A stretch of DNA of 64,000 nt from Candidatus Multivorans sp. (GCA_965224025.1 OZ245033.1:3520001-3584000); one strand, 5' to 3'. Shown: positions 48,989-62,000, counted from the stretch's first letter. Numbers and translations: made by a program. The notes: generated by a model not told the origin, from the sequence alone.

Positions 48989-49987
48989 ATGGCCCGACCC
49001 TACCGAATCTTCGGCGCCGAACTCTCGCCCTATTCGATCAAGGTGCGCTCGTACTTTCGCTACAAGGGAATCCCCCACGAGTGGCTCCGCCGCAGCCCGG
49101 CCAACCAGGACGAGTTCCGGCGTTACGCCAAGCTGCCCCTGGTGCCCCTCGTCATCACGCCCGACGACCGGGGCATGCAGGACTCGACGCCCATCCTTGA
49201 GGCGATGGAGAACCAGTACCCTGAGCCTTCGATCCACCCGGACGATTCCACCGCGGCGTTCGTCTCGGTGCTGCTCGAAGAGTTCGGCGACGAGTGGGGC
49301 AACAAGTGGATGTTCCATTACCGCTGGGCCCGGCCCGCGGATCAGCAATCCGGCGCCCGCCGCATCGCCCAGGGCATGAACCCGGACGCCGATGAGGCGA
49401 CGCTGAAGGCGATGACCGCCCAGGTCAAGGAACGGATGGTCCCCCGTGTCTGGTTCGTCGGCTCGAACGAACGGACCGCGCCCCAGATCGAGCAGTCGTT
49501 CCTCGACACGATCGACCTGATCGAGGCCCACCTCGACGGCCGCGACTACCTGTTCGGCGGGCGACCCGCCTTCGGCGACTTCGGCGTCGGCTTCCAGATT
49601 CACCAGGCATGGACGGATCCGACACCCGGCGCCTTGCTCGAGGAAAGGGCGCCTCGCACCGTCGCCTGGGTCAAGCGCCTGGTGGACCCGACGGCGAACG
49701 GCGACTTCGAGGATTGGGAGTCGCTCGCGCCGACCCTCATGCCCTTGATCGAGCAACAGGTCGGCGGCATCTTCCTGCCCTGGAGCGTCGCCAATGCGGG
49801 CGCCATCGCCAGCGGGCAGGAAGACTTCTCGGTCGGCCTCGCCAGCGGCGACTGGACCCAGAAGCCGCAGAAGTACCATGCCCGGTCTCTGGCCGCGCTG
49901 CGCCACAAGTACGGGGAACTCTCCGATCGCGGTCCAATCGACGCGGTGCTGGAATCGACCGGCTGTCTGCAGTGGCTAACCGCCTGA
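48989..49987 (+). CDS. Glutathione S-transferase family protein
   Basis: SPYSIKVRSYFRYKGIP, QDSTP, DEWGNKWMFHYRW. Confidence 0.88.
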   Translation: MARPYRIFGAELSPYSIKVRSYFRYKGIPHEWLRRSPANQDEFRRYAKLPLVPLVITPDDRGMQDSTPILEAMENQYPEPSIHPDDSTAAFVSVLLEEFGDEWGNKWMFHYRWARPADQQSGARRIAQGMNPDADEATLKAMTAQVKERMVPRVWFVGSNERTAPQIEQSFLDTIDLIEAHLDGRDYLFGGRPAFGDFGVGFQIHQAWTDPTPGALLEERAPRTVAWVKRLVDPTANGDFEDWESLAPTLMPLIEQQVGGIFLPWSVANAGAIASGQEDFSVGLASGDWTQKPQKYHARSLAALRHKYGELSDRGPIDAVLESTGCLQWLTA

Positions 49988-49991
49988 CCGG

Positions 49992-50759
49992 CTAGCCTTC
50001 GCTGCCCCTTTCGCGCGACCGGCGCCGCCAGAACCTCTCCATCGCCTGTTTCGGTTCGCCGGTCCCATAAGCGGCCCTGAACGCGGCGACGCCCGCTTCC
50101 ACGGCCTGGTCCAGGGGCAGGTTGAGCCAGCGGCCGATCAGCCTCTTCTGCAGCGCCAGGGCGCCTGGACTGAGGCGCAACAACCGCTCGACCTTGGCGT
50201 TCACCGCCGTCTCCAGGTCTTCGGCAGCTACGACCTCGCCCACGAGCCCGATCCGCGCCGCCTCGGCGGCGTCGATCGGATCGCCAAGGAACAGCAACTC
50301 TCTGGCCCGGCCAAGGCCGATGAGGCCCGGCAGCAGGGCCGCCTCGATCACGGACGGCAGTCCCAAGTGCGGCTCCGGCATACCGAAGATCGCGTCGTCG
50401 GCGGCAAGCGAGAGGTCGCAGGAGACGAGGAGTTCCAGACCCGCGCCCAGAGCCGCGCCGTGAACCTCGGCGACGACCGGCGCCGGATGCTCCCGGATGG
50501 CGAGGAACGCCTCGTGCAGACCGCGGATGAAGCGTTCGGCGCCGACGGCGTCGAGACCTTCCATCTCGCGAATGTCGGCCCCGCCGCAGAACACCCCGTC
50601 GCCGGCAAGGACCAGCACCCGTGGGCTGGCGGCCGCGGACTCGCGGACCGTGTCGCGCAACTCCGCGGTCGTGGCGGAGTCGAGCGCATTCGCCCTGAAA
50701 CTCCGCGTCAGAGCGATTCGTGCCACCTCCCCGTCGGCTTCGAGTCGTACGTTCGACAT
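49992..50759 (-). CDS. Enoyl-CoA hydratase/isomerase family protein
   Basis: FCGGADI, GAGLEL, FGMPE, IDAAEA. Confidence 0.9.
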   Translation of the reverse strand: MSNVRLEADGEVARIALTRSFRANALDSATTAELRDTVRESAAASPRVLVLAGDGVFCGGADIREMEGLDAVGAERFIRGLHEAFLAIREHPAPVVAEVHGAALGAGLELLVSCDLSLAADDAIFGMPEPHLGLPSVIEAALLPGLIGLGRARELLFLGDPIDAAEAARIGLVGEVVAAEDLETAVNAKVERLLRLSPGALALQKRLIGRWLNLPLDQAVEAGVAAFRAAYGTGEPKQAMERFWRRRSRERGSEG

Positions 50760-50899
50760 CGCGCCCGGCATCGTACTGCGCTGACGCTCCTTCCGGCTTC
50801 GAAGCGTCTATCGGCGCGGCCCGGGACCGGCCGCACCCACCGGTTCAGCATTGCTGCTCTGATACAAGAATGACACGGATCATGTCTTTTCGGTCGAGG

Positions 50900-52327
50900 A
50901 TGAGGAACAGCGCCGCCCAGCGGTCCATCGCCGGCTCGATCGGCGCGATCCTGCTCGGCGCGATGCTGCCCTGCGGGGCGACCGCGGGTTCCGAGAGCAG
51001 CAGCGATCCCAAGACCCGCGCCGACTGGACCGCCGCGGCCCAGGTCATCGAAGCGGTCGAGTCGAGCCGGCGGGAGATACGCCGCGCCGCCTTCGGCGAC
51101 GACGCGGCAACTCGGAACTGGTCGACGCAACCATCCACGGACGCCCGATTCGAGGCTGAGTTCCGGCCGGCCTCGGACGACGCGGCGACCCTGATCTTCG
51201 ACGCCTCGCCCGGGCGCCCGGTCAGGCTCGTGATCGTCCCGGGCGGCGCAGACCTCTCACCGGTAACGAGGACTTTGGATACGACTGCCGGGGACCTGAG
51301 CCCACTGATCGCCGAGATCCGCCAGCTTGCTCTGCTCCGACCACCGGCGTCCCTGGGCCAAATCGTCCGGCTCGGCGACGAGCTGGGTCACAAGCTCCTT
51401 GCTCCGGCCGCCGACCAATTGCGCGGGGCCTCGCGACTGGTGCTGCTGGCCAATGGTCCCCTGGTCGAACTCCCCTTCGGGGCTATCCGGGCGCCCAGGT
51501 CCATCGATCCCCAGGGACGGTTCCTGGTCGAGACCAGGGACCTGTGCTTGTTGACTCCGGGCGGAGTCCGCCTTCAGACAGCAACTGAAGGCGAACGCCG
51601 GCAACAACCGCCGGTGGCCGCCGCCATCGCCGACGCCGTGTACCGACCTCCGGCGCGGCCGCTCGGTGCTTCGATGAGCGATGGCGGCATCTCCTGGCGG
51701 CGGCACGCCGCGCGCCGCAACCAGTCCCACACCCTGGAGGAGCTGGCCCTCGCGAACGTGGCCGCCTTCGGCCCGGAGGCCACTCCGGCAGCGCTGTGGA
51801 AACTTGGCATTCTCCACGACATCGACGTGCTCCACCTCGCCGTCGAGGCGCTCGTGGACGCCGGGGATCCCGCCGCCTCGGCCCTGCTGCTTTCTGCCAG
51901 GCGCTACGACCAGCCGGCACGTCGGGTCGCGGTCGGCGACCTCGCGTTGGATCTCGACCTCGGCCGAGATCCCGTCGTCGTGCTTTCCGGTCTCGACACA
52001 AACGGCGCCGGCCTGGGGCCTAGTCCCTTCGTGGACGCGTTCGACGCCGCCGGCGCCACTTCCGTCGTCAGTTCGCTGTGGCCGGTCGTCGACGAAACGG
52101 CAACCAAGCTGTTCGAGGTCTTCTACCGTCGCCTCGCACTCGGCACACCGCCCTCCACCGCACTCCGCGAAGCCCAGTTGACGCTCCTCGCGGGGCCGCT
52201 CCGATTCGACCAGGGGGAAAATCTTGAACCCGCGGAGTTCGATGCCTCCCACCCCTTCTACTGGGCCGGATACGGAGCGCATCAACGCTCAGCCGGGGCA
52301 TGCAGCCGATCCGCCGCGTTGGATTGA
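50900..52327 (+). CDS. CHAT (caspase HetF) domain protein, predicted catalytically inactive
   Basis: GPLVELPF, VLHLA, VVLS, GATSVVSSLWPVVD, ALREAQL, HPFYWAG. Start uncertain (50870-50900). Confidence 0.75.
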   Translation: MRNSAAQRSIAGSIGAILLGAMLPCGATAGSESSSDPKTRADWTAAAQVIEAVESSRREIRRAAFGDDAATRNWSTQPSTDARFEAEFRPASDDAATLIFDASPGRPVRLVIVPGGADLSPVTRTLDTTAGDLSPLIAEIRQLALLRPPASLGQIVRLGDELGHKLLAPAADQLRGASRLVLLANGPLVELPFGAIRAPRSIDPQGRFLVETRDLCLLTPGGVRLQTATEGERRQQPPVAAAIADAVYRPPARPLGASMSDGGISWRRHAARRNQSHTLEELALANVAAFGPEATPAALWKLGILHDIDVLHLAVEALVDAGDPAASALLLSARRYDQPARRVAVGDLALDLDLGRDPVVVLSGLDTNGAGLGPSPFVDAFDAAGATSVVSSLWPVVDETATKLFEVFYRRLALGTPPSTALREAQLTLLAGPLRFDQGENLEPAEFDASHPFYWAGYGAHQRSAGACSRSAALD

Positions 52328-52444
52328 GCTCGACACCAGAGTTCAACGCCGCACTGGCCGAACAGCGGGTGCTCGACCGGCGGCTCTGGGAATGAACGGT
52401 CCGGCACTTCGCAGCGGCGAACACCGGGGATAGGATCGCGCGCC

Positions 52445-52939
52445 ATGATCGAACGGACGCAACGCAACCAACCGCGCGTGGCCACGGCGCCGTGCGCGCT
52501 GCTCGTAGTGGTCACGGCCCTGTCCTGTGGCGACTCCTCGTCATGGACCCCCGTCTACTACGATCCGGTCATGGCCGACCTCCTGGCGTCGCCGATGGAA
52601 GAACTGATCGAGCATGACGCCAGAATCGAGCTGACGGCTTCACAGGAAGAGATCAAGCGCGCCGCGCTGACTGCGATCCCGGCGCCCTGCTGCAGCGACC
52701 GCACGGCCTACACGTGCTGCTGCACCTGCAACCTGGCGCGGGCCTGGTGGGGGCTTTCGAAGGTCCTGATCACCGAACACGGCCAGAGCGCCGCCGAGGT
52801 CCAGGCGAACGTCGAGCATTGGATTCGAGAGCTGCGCCCCAAGGGCTTCGCCGGGGACTCCTGCTACACCGGACGCTGCTCGACCGCCGCCAGGCACGAC
52901 GGCTGCTCGGGCATGGACCCGAACCGGATCGTGAGTTGA
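52445..52939 (+). CDS. Cys-rich putative lipoprotein of unknown function
   Basis: ALSC lipobox, PCC...TCCCTCN...CYTGRC...GCSGM, GC-rich codon usage. Confidence 0.7.
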   Translation: MIERTQRNQPRVATAPCALLVVVTALSCGDSSSWTPVYYDPVMADLLASPMEELIEHDARIELTASQEEIKRAALTAIPAPCCSDRTAYTCCCTCNLARAWWGLSKVLITEHGQSAAEVQANVEHWIRELRPKGFAGDSCYTGRCSTAARHDGCSGMDPNRIVS

Positions 52940-53836
52940 CGCGAACGCGCTTTCACGCGCTTCTGGTCCTCTTTCTCTTCGCCCTTCTCTGGCCCGCGTT
53001 CGGGACGGCCCAGGAAAGCAGTCCGGGCTCGGCCGCGGAGGCTGAAACCTCTTCGTCCGCAAACACCGAGCACTCGCACGAGCACCACGCGCGCGAAGTC
53101 GAGACCTTCAGCCACTCGGTCACCGTCACGGGTTCCTGGACACCGTGCACGCCCGAGGACGCGCCGCAGCCGGATTCGGTCCTCTCCCGCGAGGACCTGG
53201 AGGCGGAGGGAACGCCCTCCATGCTGGGCGTGATCCGCAACCTGTCCTTCAGCCTTGGCGCCGATCTCGAATCCGATCAGTTCGGCTCGCGCTCGGGTGA
53301 GGACCGCTCGACCCTCAACCTCCGCGGTCTGGTCCGAGCCGGTCCTTGGTGCTGCTGAACGGCGACCGGCTGACCTGGTCGCCGGGGGCGATTCCGGATC
53401 AGGCCCAACTGATGGTCGACACGAACGTGTCGCCGATGGTCGCCGTCGAGCAAGTTGAATTCCTGCGCGACGGAGGCGCCGCGACCTGTGGCTCGGACGC
53501 GATTGCGGGCGTGATGAACGTGATCACACGCAACCACTTCGACGGTCTCTCCTTCGACGGCAAGCACAGCGTGATCGACGGTTCGAACGGCGACGGCGAG
53601 ATCGGCCTCATCGGCGGCGCCCCGTTCGGCGGCGGCCGGGGCCAAGCCGTGACATCGCTCGGTCTCTCCCGCCGCGGCCCGATCCGGCTCCGCGACCGCG
53701 ACTGGGCGGTCGGGCCCTATGCCGAGAACCCCGTGGCGGCTGGTCGGGAACCGGGCGGCCGGCGTCGATCCAGCTTGGCGTCGACTACTGGCGCCACGCG
53801 TTCGGTTCGAGCTGCAGCGACTCAGAAGCCGCGTAA
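52936..53836 (+). pseudogene. TonB-dependent receptor remnant (signal peptide, His-rich linker, plug; two frameshifts; barrel lost)
   Basis: VTVTGS TonB box. NLRGL|GPSRSLVLLNG is restored by adding one G at about 53332. VEFLRDGGAATCGSDAIAGVMNVIT follows, a second shift lies near 53731, and the frame stops at 53836. Confidence 0.8.
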
Positions 53837-54955
53837 TTCGGCGAAGCGCTGGCGGTGGAAGGCGGCGTCACCGAAGGCGAACTCCAGCGCCCGGGCGCGC
53901 TTCATGAAGAGGCCGATGTCGTGCTCGTCGGTCATGCCGATGCCCCCGTGCATCTGCGGGGCCTCGTTGGTGACCAGGATGAGCGCGTCGGAGCACCTCG
54001 CCTTCGAGTTCGAGACCTGGAGCTGCGCATCGTCGCCGGCGTCGTCAAGCGCCCTCGCTGCCGCCATGACCGTCGAGCGGGAGAGCTCGATCTCGATGAA
54101 CATGTTCGCGGCCCTGTGCTTGAGCGCCTGGAAGGTGCCGATCAGCACGCCGAACTGGCTGCGCGACTTGAGATACTCGATCGTGCGCTCGAAGGCCTCC
54201 GTCATCAGGCCGAGCATCTCGCCGCAGAGCGCCACCGTGGCCCGATCGACGGCGCGCCGGAGCGGCGCCGCTCCGCCGTCGATCTCGCCCAGGACATCGC
54301 CGGCCCCAACGCTCACGCCGTCCAGCCGGACGATCGCCGCGTTGCGCGAATCCACCCGCTTCTGAGGCGCCACATGAACGCCCTCGGCGCTCGCCGGGAC
54401 CAGGAACAACGTCAGTCCCTCGTCGTCGCCGACTCTCGCCGGGACCACAAGACCGGCCGCGCCGACGCCGCCGACAACCTTGATCTTCTCGCCAAAGAGG
54501 GACCAGCCCCCGCCATTCGCCCGCGCCAGCGTGTCGACCCGGTCCAGACGGTAGCGGCCACCCGCCTCCAGCAGGGCCGGCGCCAGTCGCTTCCAGCCAT
54601 CGATCAGTGGACGCAGCCATTCCGCCTGCTGCCCGGCGCTTCCAGCATCGGCCACCAAGCCACCGGCCAGGACGACAGCCGACACATAGGGCTCCGGGGC
54701 AAGGCCGCGGCCCATCGCCTCCGTGATCAGCACCGTCTCGGCCATGCCCATACCCAGGCCTCCGTGGTCCTCGGCGAAGGGAATGCCGAGCCAGCCGAGG
54801 TCAGCCATCTCGGCCCACACTTCGGGGCTGTAGGCGAGTTCATCGCCGTCGTCGCGGAGCTTCCGTTGGCGGTCCACGCCGCCGTGCTTCGAAATGAGCT
54901 CGGCCGCGGTGCGGGCGAGCATGTCCTGGGGAGCGGTGAGAACGAGCGTAGCCAC
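53822..54955 (-). CDS. Acyl-CoA dehydrogenase (small, PimD-like subunit)
   Basis: RSQFGVLIGTFQALKHR, QMHGGIGMTDE. Confidence 0.9.
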   Translation of the reverse strand: MATLVLTAPQDMLARTAAELISKHGGVDRQRKLRDDGDELAYSPEVWAEMADLGWLGIPFAEDHGGLGMGMAETVLITEAMGRGLAPEPYVSAVVLAGGLVADAGSAGQQAEWLRPLIDGWKRLAPALLEAGGRYRLDRVDTLARANGGGWSLFGEKIKVVGGVGAAGLVVPARVGDDEGLTLFLVPASAEGVHVAPQKRVDSRNAAIVRLDGVSVGAGDVLGEIDGGAAPLRRAVDRATVALCGEMLGLMTEAFERTIEYLKSRSQFGVLIGTFQALKHRAANMFIEIELSRSTVMAAARALDDAGDDAQLQVSNSKARCSDALILVTNEAPQMHGGIGMTDEHDIGLFMKRARALEFAFGDAAFHRQRFAELRGF

Positions 54956-56142
54956 TAGTCCGGGAGCCCCAGTACGCGTTTGGCGATGATGTTCAATTGG
55001 ATCTCCGAGGTTCCGCCCTCGATGCTGTTGGCCCGGGAACGAAGCCAGGTCCGGGTCTGGTTCAACTCAGCGGGCTCGAAGCCCTCGCCTTCCCAACCCA
55101 GGGCTTGCGGACCCCGGATCGAGAGCATGAGCTCCTCGCGGCGCATGTTCAGCTCCGTGCCGTAGTACTTGAACATCGAACTCTCAGGCCCGGGCTTGTG
55201 TCCCGCCTCGAGACCGTCGCCGTGGCGCCTGACCGTCAAGCCGTAGGACATCGCGTCCATCTCGCTCTGAGTGATCCGTTCGCGGAGCGCCGGATCGTCG
55301 ATCCGGCCCGCCTCGTCCACGCCCACGTAGTCCCGCGCCAGATCCGGCAGCGAAGTGCGCGCCCCGCCCCGTCCCATGCCGCCGATCGACGTGCGTTCGT
55401 GGCCGAGCAGGGCCTTCGCCACCGTCCAGCCGCCGTTCACCTCACCGATGACCTGGTGGACGGGCGCCCGCACGTTGTGGAAGAACGTCTCGCAGAACGG
55501 CGAGGCGCCGCTGATCAGGCGGATCGGCCGCGCCTCGACGCCGGGCGACTCCATGTCGACCAGGATGAAGGTGATGCCGCGCTGCTTCTTCACGTCCGGG
55601 TCGGTCCGCACGAGCATGAAGATCCAGTCCGCCTGGTCGGCGCCCGAGGTCCAGATCTTCTGGCCGTTGATCACGTAGAAATCGCCGTCGCGAACCGCCG
55701 AGGTCGCCAGCGAGGCGAGGTCGGAGCCCGCGTTCGGCTCGGAGTAGCCCTGACACCAGCGGATCTCGCCGCGGGCGATCTTCGGCAGATGCTCGGCCTT
55801 CTGCGCCTCGGTGCCGTGATCGAGCAGCGTCGGTCCGATCATGCTGTAGCCGAAGCCCGTGAGCGGCATCGGCAGTTCCAGACGCGCGAACTCCTCGTGC
55901 AGGACGAGCGCATCGTCGCGCGAGAGCCCGGCGCCCCCGTACTTCTCCGGCCAGGCCGGCACGGAGAAGCCCCGCTCGGCCGCCGCGAGCAGCCAGTCGC
56001 GGCTCTCCGGGTAGATGAACGGCGCCTTGCGGCCGCCGGACGCCCAGGCGCTCGGATCGGACGCCTTGCCCCGGAGAAACTCGGGTGCTTTCGCTTCGAC
56101 CCAGATGCGGGCCTCCTCTCGGAACGCGGACAGATCGCTCAT
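54955..56142 (-). CDS. Acyl-CoA dehydrogenase (large, PimC-like subunit)
   Basis: WCQGYSEPNAGSDLASL, NGQKIWTS, SIEGGTSEIQ. Adjoins its partner gene. Confidence 0.92.
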   Translation of the reverse strand: MSDLSAFREEARIWVEAKAPEFLRGKASDPSAWASGGRKAPFIYPESRDWLLAAAERGFSVPAWPEKYGGAGLSRDDALVLHEEFARLELPMPLTGFGYSMIGPTLLDHGTEAQKAEHLPKIARGEIRWCQGYSEPNAGSDLASLATSAVRDGDFYVINGQKIWTSGADQADWIFMLVRTDPDVKKQRGITFILVDMESPGVEARPIRLISGASPFCETFFHNVRAPVHQVIGEVNGGWTVAKALLGHERTSIGGMGRGGARTSLPDLARDYVGVDEAGRIDDPALRERITQSEMDAMSYGLTVRRHGDGLEAGHKPGPESSMFKYYGTELNMRREELMLSIRGPQALGWEGEGFEPAELNQTRTWLRSRANSIEGGTSEIQLNIIAKRVLGLPD

Positions 56143-56390
56143 GCAGTTGCCTCAACAGGTTGAAGGCCGCGCATTCTGCCACGGAACCCAGGTGGCGCGG
56201 CCCGCGTCACCTGTGAACCGCTCCGTGCGCGAGTCATCAAGCGCGTGGACGATACGGCGCCGGCAGGAGCTTGCATCGCGGACCCGACTATAGACTCCGC
56301 CCGCCGGCGCGCGTCGACAGCGGCCGCGGTCGTCGCCACGTCCACCCTCGCTCCACCGCGTCCCTGTCACCGCTCCGCCAGAAACACAAC

Positions 56391-57980
<1,590 letters not shown>

Positions 57981-58051
57981 CGGGCCGGCTCAGAGCGACC
58001 CGGGAACGGCCCGTGCGGCAGCCTGCGCGGCGGACTGCCACGAAGGCCCGC

Positions 58052-58963
58052 CTAGAACAGCTCGCGCGCCCTGTCCTTCAGCTCCGCCAACCGCTCCGCG
58101 GCTTCGCCGACCGGCGCCGGCCAAATCACCCGCCGATCCTCGAGCTGCCGGTCGAGCCGATGCCAGAGCTCGACGTTCTTGACCTGTCCGCCGCTCTTCG
58201 TGCGCCACCGGTTGCGCTTCCATGAGTGGATCCACAGGGAGGCGCCACGCCTGAGATAGTCGTTGCCGGTGTAGACGGCCGCCGGCTGTCCCTCGGGCAG
58301 AGCGGCGAGCAGATCGAGAACGCACTCGAGTTCCAGGCGGTTCGGTGTCGTCTCCGACGCCCGACCTGTCCGTCCGTCCGAGCCGTCCGGCGTCTCCAAC
58401 TCCGCCGCCCACACGCCGCGGCCGCCGACGCATCGGACCTTGAGGAAGATTCGCGCGCTGCCGGGCGGGATCTCCACCTCCGAGTCCGGTTCGGCCGCGG
58501 CGCCGCCCCCTCGAGCCGTGATCTCGGCGCTCGCCAGGGCATCGACCCGCTCGTTCCACTCGTTCCCGGCATGGCCCTTGACCCAGTGCCAGTGGACGCG
58601 GTGGCGCTTGTTCAGACCTTCCAGGCGCCGCCACAGGTCGACGTTCTTGACCGCCCCGCCGTCGCGCCGGCGCCAGTTCTGGGCCCGCCACCGAGCCAGC
58701 CACGATGTGATCCCCTGCCGGACGTACTGGGAGTCCGTGTAGAGCTCTACCGCGCTCGGTTCGGACAGTTCGGCAAGCGCGGAGATCGCCGCCTGGAGTT
58801 CCATGCGGTTGTTCGTCGTGCTCGGCGCACCGCCCGCGAGTTCCCGCGGGTTCGCGCCCGGCGCCAGGATCACCGCCGCCCAGCCGCCCGGGCCGGGGTT
58901 GGGGCTGGCGCCGCCGTCGGTGTAGATGACAAGGGTCCGGCGGGCGGCAGGCTGGGCGCTCAC
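58052..58963 (-). CDS. rnhA: Ribonuclease HI with a second, degenerate RNase H domain
   Basis: Domain 1 has [27 protein letters not shown]. Domain 2 repeats NRLE, YTGNDY, W...VKNVELW. Confidence 0.9.
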   Translation of the reverse strand: MSAQPAARRTLVIYTDGGASPNPGPGGWAAVILAPGANPRELAGGAPSTTNNRMELQAAISALAELSEPSAVELYTDSQYVRQGITSWLARWRAQNWRRRDGGAVKNVDLWRRLEGLNKRHRVHWHWVKGHAGNEWNERVDALASAEITARGGGAAAEPDSEVEIPPGSARIFLKVRCVGGRGVWAAELETPDGSDGRTGRASETTPNRLELECVLDLLAALPEGQPAAVYTGNDYLRRGASLWIHSWKRNRWRTKSGGQVKNVELWHRLDRQLEDRRVIWPAPVGEAAERLAELKDRARELF

Positions 58964-59068
58964 GACGGCGTGAATGTAACAGTCGCCGGGCGAGATCCGT
59001 CGGCGAAGTACGGGGCCCGGTCGGGAGGTCCCGAACGCCCCATTCGGGCGCAATAGACTAGGCGGCCT

Positions 59069-62000
59069 GTGATGAATGTCTCGCGCCTGGGGCTGTCCGC
59101 GGCCGTCCTTGTCGTCCTGGCCGTCTGTGCGGGAACCGCATGGAGCCAGACGGAGTCAGAGCCCTTCGAGGGGCTTGAGTTTCGCCTCGTCGGGCCCAGC
59201 CGCGGCGGCCGGGTGACGGCGGTGGCGGGCCATACATCCCACCCGTACACCTTCTACATGGGGTCGACCGGCGGCGGCGTATGGCGCACCACGAACGCGG
59301 GCCGCACGTGGCAGAACCTGACCGACGACGACTTCGGGGCAGGCTCGGTCGGCGCCGTCGCGGTCGCCCCGAGCGATCAGAACGTGATCTACGTCGGCAC
59401 CGGCTCGGCGTGTCCGCGCGGCAACGTATCGATCGGGGACGGCATGTACCGCTCGACCGACGCCGGCGCCTCGTGGCAGCACATCGGCCTGGAGCGGGCG
59501 GGCGCGATCAGTCGCATCCGCATCCATCCCGACGACCCGAACCGGCTCTGGGTCGCGGTGCTCGGCCGGATCTTCGGCAGCAACCCGGAGCGCGGCGTCT
59601 ACCGCTCGACCGACGGCGGGGCAACCTGGGAGCAGGTGCTCTACCTATCCGACGACGCCGGCATGGCCGACCTGGAACTCGACCCCTTCAATCCGCGCAC
59701 CCTCTACGCGGCCGCCTGGCGCGTCGAGCGCAAGCCCTGGACCCTGATCGACGGCAGCGACGAGGGCGGCCTGTTCCGCTCCACCGACGGCGGCGACACC
59801 TGGGACCGCCTCGAAGGCGGCCTGCCGATCGGCGTGCTCGGCCGGATCGGCGTTTCCGCCTCGCCGGCGCGCCGCGGTCGCCTGTGGACGATCATCACCG
59901 CCGCGAACGGCCGCGGCGGCATCTTTCGCTCCGAGGACCACGGCGACTCCTGGAAGAAGGTGAGCGACGAGCCCGAGCTGCTGACGCGCGGCTGGTACTA
60001 CAGCCACATCCATGCCGATCCCGCCGACCCGAACACGGTCTGGGGCGCCAACGTCCGCTTCTTCCGCTCGGTCGACGGCGGCGCCAACTGGGAGCGCGTG
60101 TCCACCCCCCACGGCGACAACCACGACCTCTGGATCAACCCCGAACAACCCCACATCATCGTCCAGGCGAACGACGGCGGCGCCAACGTCAGCGTCGACG
60201 GCGGACGTTCCTGGTCGACCCAGAACAACCAGCCGACCGCGGAGTTCTACCGGGTCACCGTCGACAACCAGTTCCCCTACCGCATCTACGGCGCCCAGCA
60301 GGACAACAGCACGATCTCGGTCCCCTCGCGCCCGATGCCCCAACTGACCGCGACCCAGCACTGGCACTCGGTAGCGGGCGCGGAGAGCGGCCACATCGCC
60401 GTCCATCCCGAGCAGTCGCACCTGGTCTATTCGGGCAACTATCTCGGGCGCATCGACCGCTACGACCACCGCAGCGGCGCCGCACGCAACATGATCCTCT
60501 ACCCCGAGATGCAGGACGGAACGGCCCCCCGCGACCTGCGCTACCGCTTCCAGTGGAACGCGCCGATCCTGATCTCCCGGCACGATCCGGACGTCGTGTA
60601 CCACACCTCGAACTACGTCCACCGCACGCGAGACGGCGGCTGGACCTGGGAGACGATCTCGCCGGACCTGACCACGGACGACGACGAGAAACAGGGCATG
60701 CCGGGAGGTCCGGTCCAGCACGACCACACCGGCGTCGAGGTCTACAACACGGTGTTCGCGCTCGCCGAGTCGCCGCACCGGGCCGGCGAGATCTGGACCG
60801 GCAGCGACGACGGCCGCATCCACGTGAGCCGGGACGACGGTTCCACCTGGGTCGATGTCACGCCGGCCGGAATGCCGGTCGACGGCACGGTGAACTCGAT
60901 CGATGTCTCGCACCACGATCCCGACCGCGTCTACGTCGCGGCCTACCGCTACCGGCTGAACGACTACACGCCGTACATCTTCCGCACCGAGGACGGCGGC
61001 GCCACCTGGACCACCGCCACCGCGGGACTGCCCGGGAACCACTTCGTCCGCGTCGTGCGCGAGGATCCGGAGGCCGACGGCCTGCTCTTCGCCGGCGCCG
61101 AGTTCGGCCTCTACGTCTCGTTCGACCGCGGGGGCGCCTGGGAGTCCTTCCAGTTGAACCTGCCGCGGACCCCGGTCACCGACCTGCTCGTTCACACAAA
61201 CGCCGGCAACCCCGACCTCGTGCTGGCGACCCAGGGGCGGAGCTTCTGGGTGCTCGACGACCTGGGCGTGGTTCGGGAACTCGCCCGAGAACAGGCGGCC
61301 GGCGGCGGTCGCGACACGCCCCGGCTGTTCGCGCCCGAGCCGACCGTGCGCGTCGACCGGCCGGGCGGCGGCGGCGGCTTCGTGAACGGCGCTTCGATCT
61401 GGTTCCACCTTCCCGAGGCGCCCGAGGGCCCGGTCGAACTGACGATCGCCCCCGAAGGCAGCGAGCGCGTCCTGCGCCGCTTCGTCGCCCTTCCGGAGGA
61501 GGACGCCGGACAGGACGAGGACCATGACGACGAACGCCCGCGAGTCGAGTCCTTCGAGGCAGAGAAGGGCCTCAATCGCATCGAATGGGACCTGAAGGAC
61601 CAGGCGCCCCACCTGGTCGAGGGCGCAATCATGTCCCTGTCCTACACCGGCGGCCCCTTCCTGCCGCCGGGGATCTACCGGGCGACCCTCGAGGTCGGAA
61701 GCGCCGCCGAGGATGCGGAAGACGCCGACGAAACCTGGAGCGACAGCCGCACCTTCGAGGTAATCGCCGACCCCCGGCTCGACGACGTCACGCAAGCCGA
61801 CCTCGAAGAGCAGTACCAGATGCTCGACGGGCTGTCGGCGCGGTTGACGGCCGTCCACGACGCGATCGCGGGTCTGCGCAGCGTCCGGGGGCAGGCCGAC
61901 TCCCTGGGGGACCGGCTCGACGCCGCCGGGGCCGGCGAACTGCAACCCCTCGTCGATGAAGTCGCGGAGCGCGCCAAGGAGCTGAACGACCGGCTCATCC

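Noticed and set aside
59069-61200. Repeated GACGGCGGC...TGG motifs resembling an array
   Set aside because: These encode Asp-box (SxDGGxTW) protein repeats with irregular spacing. Not CRISPR.
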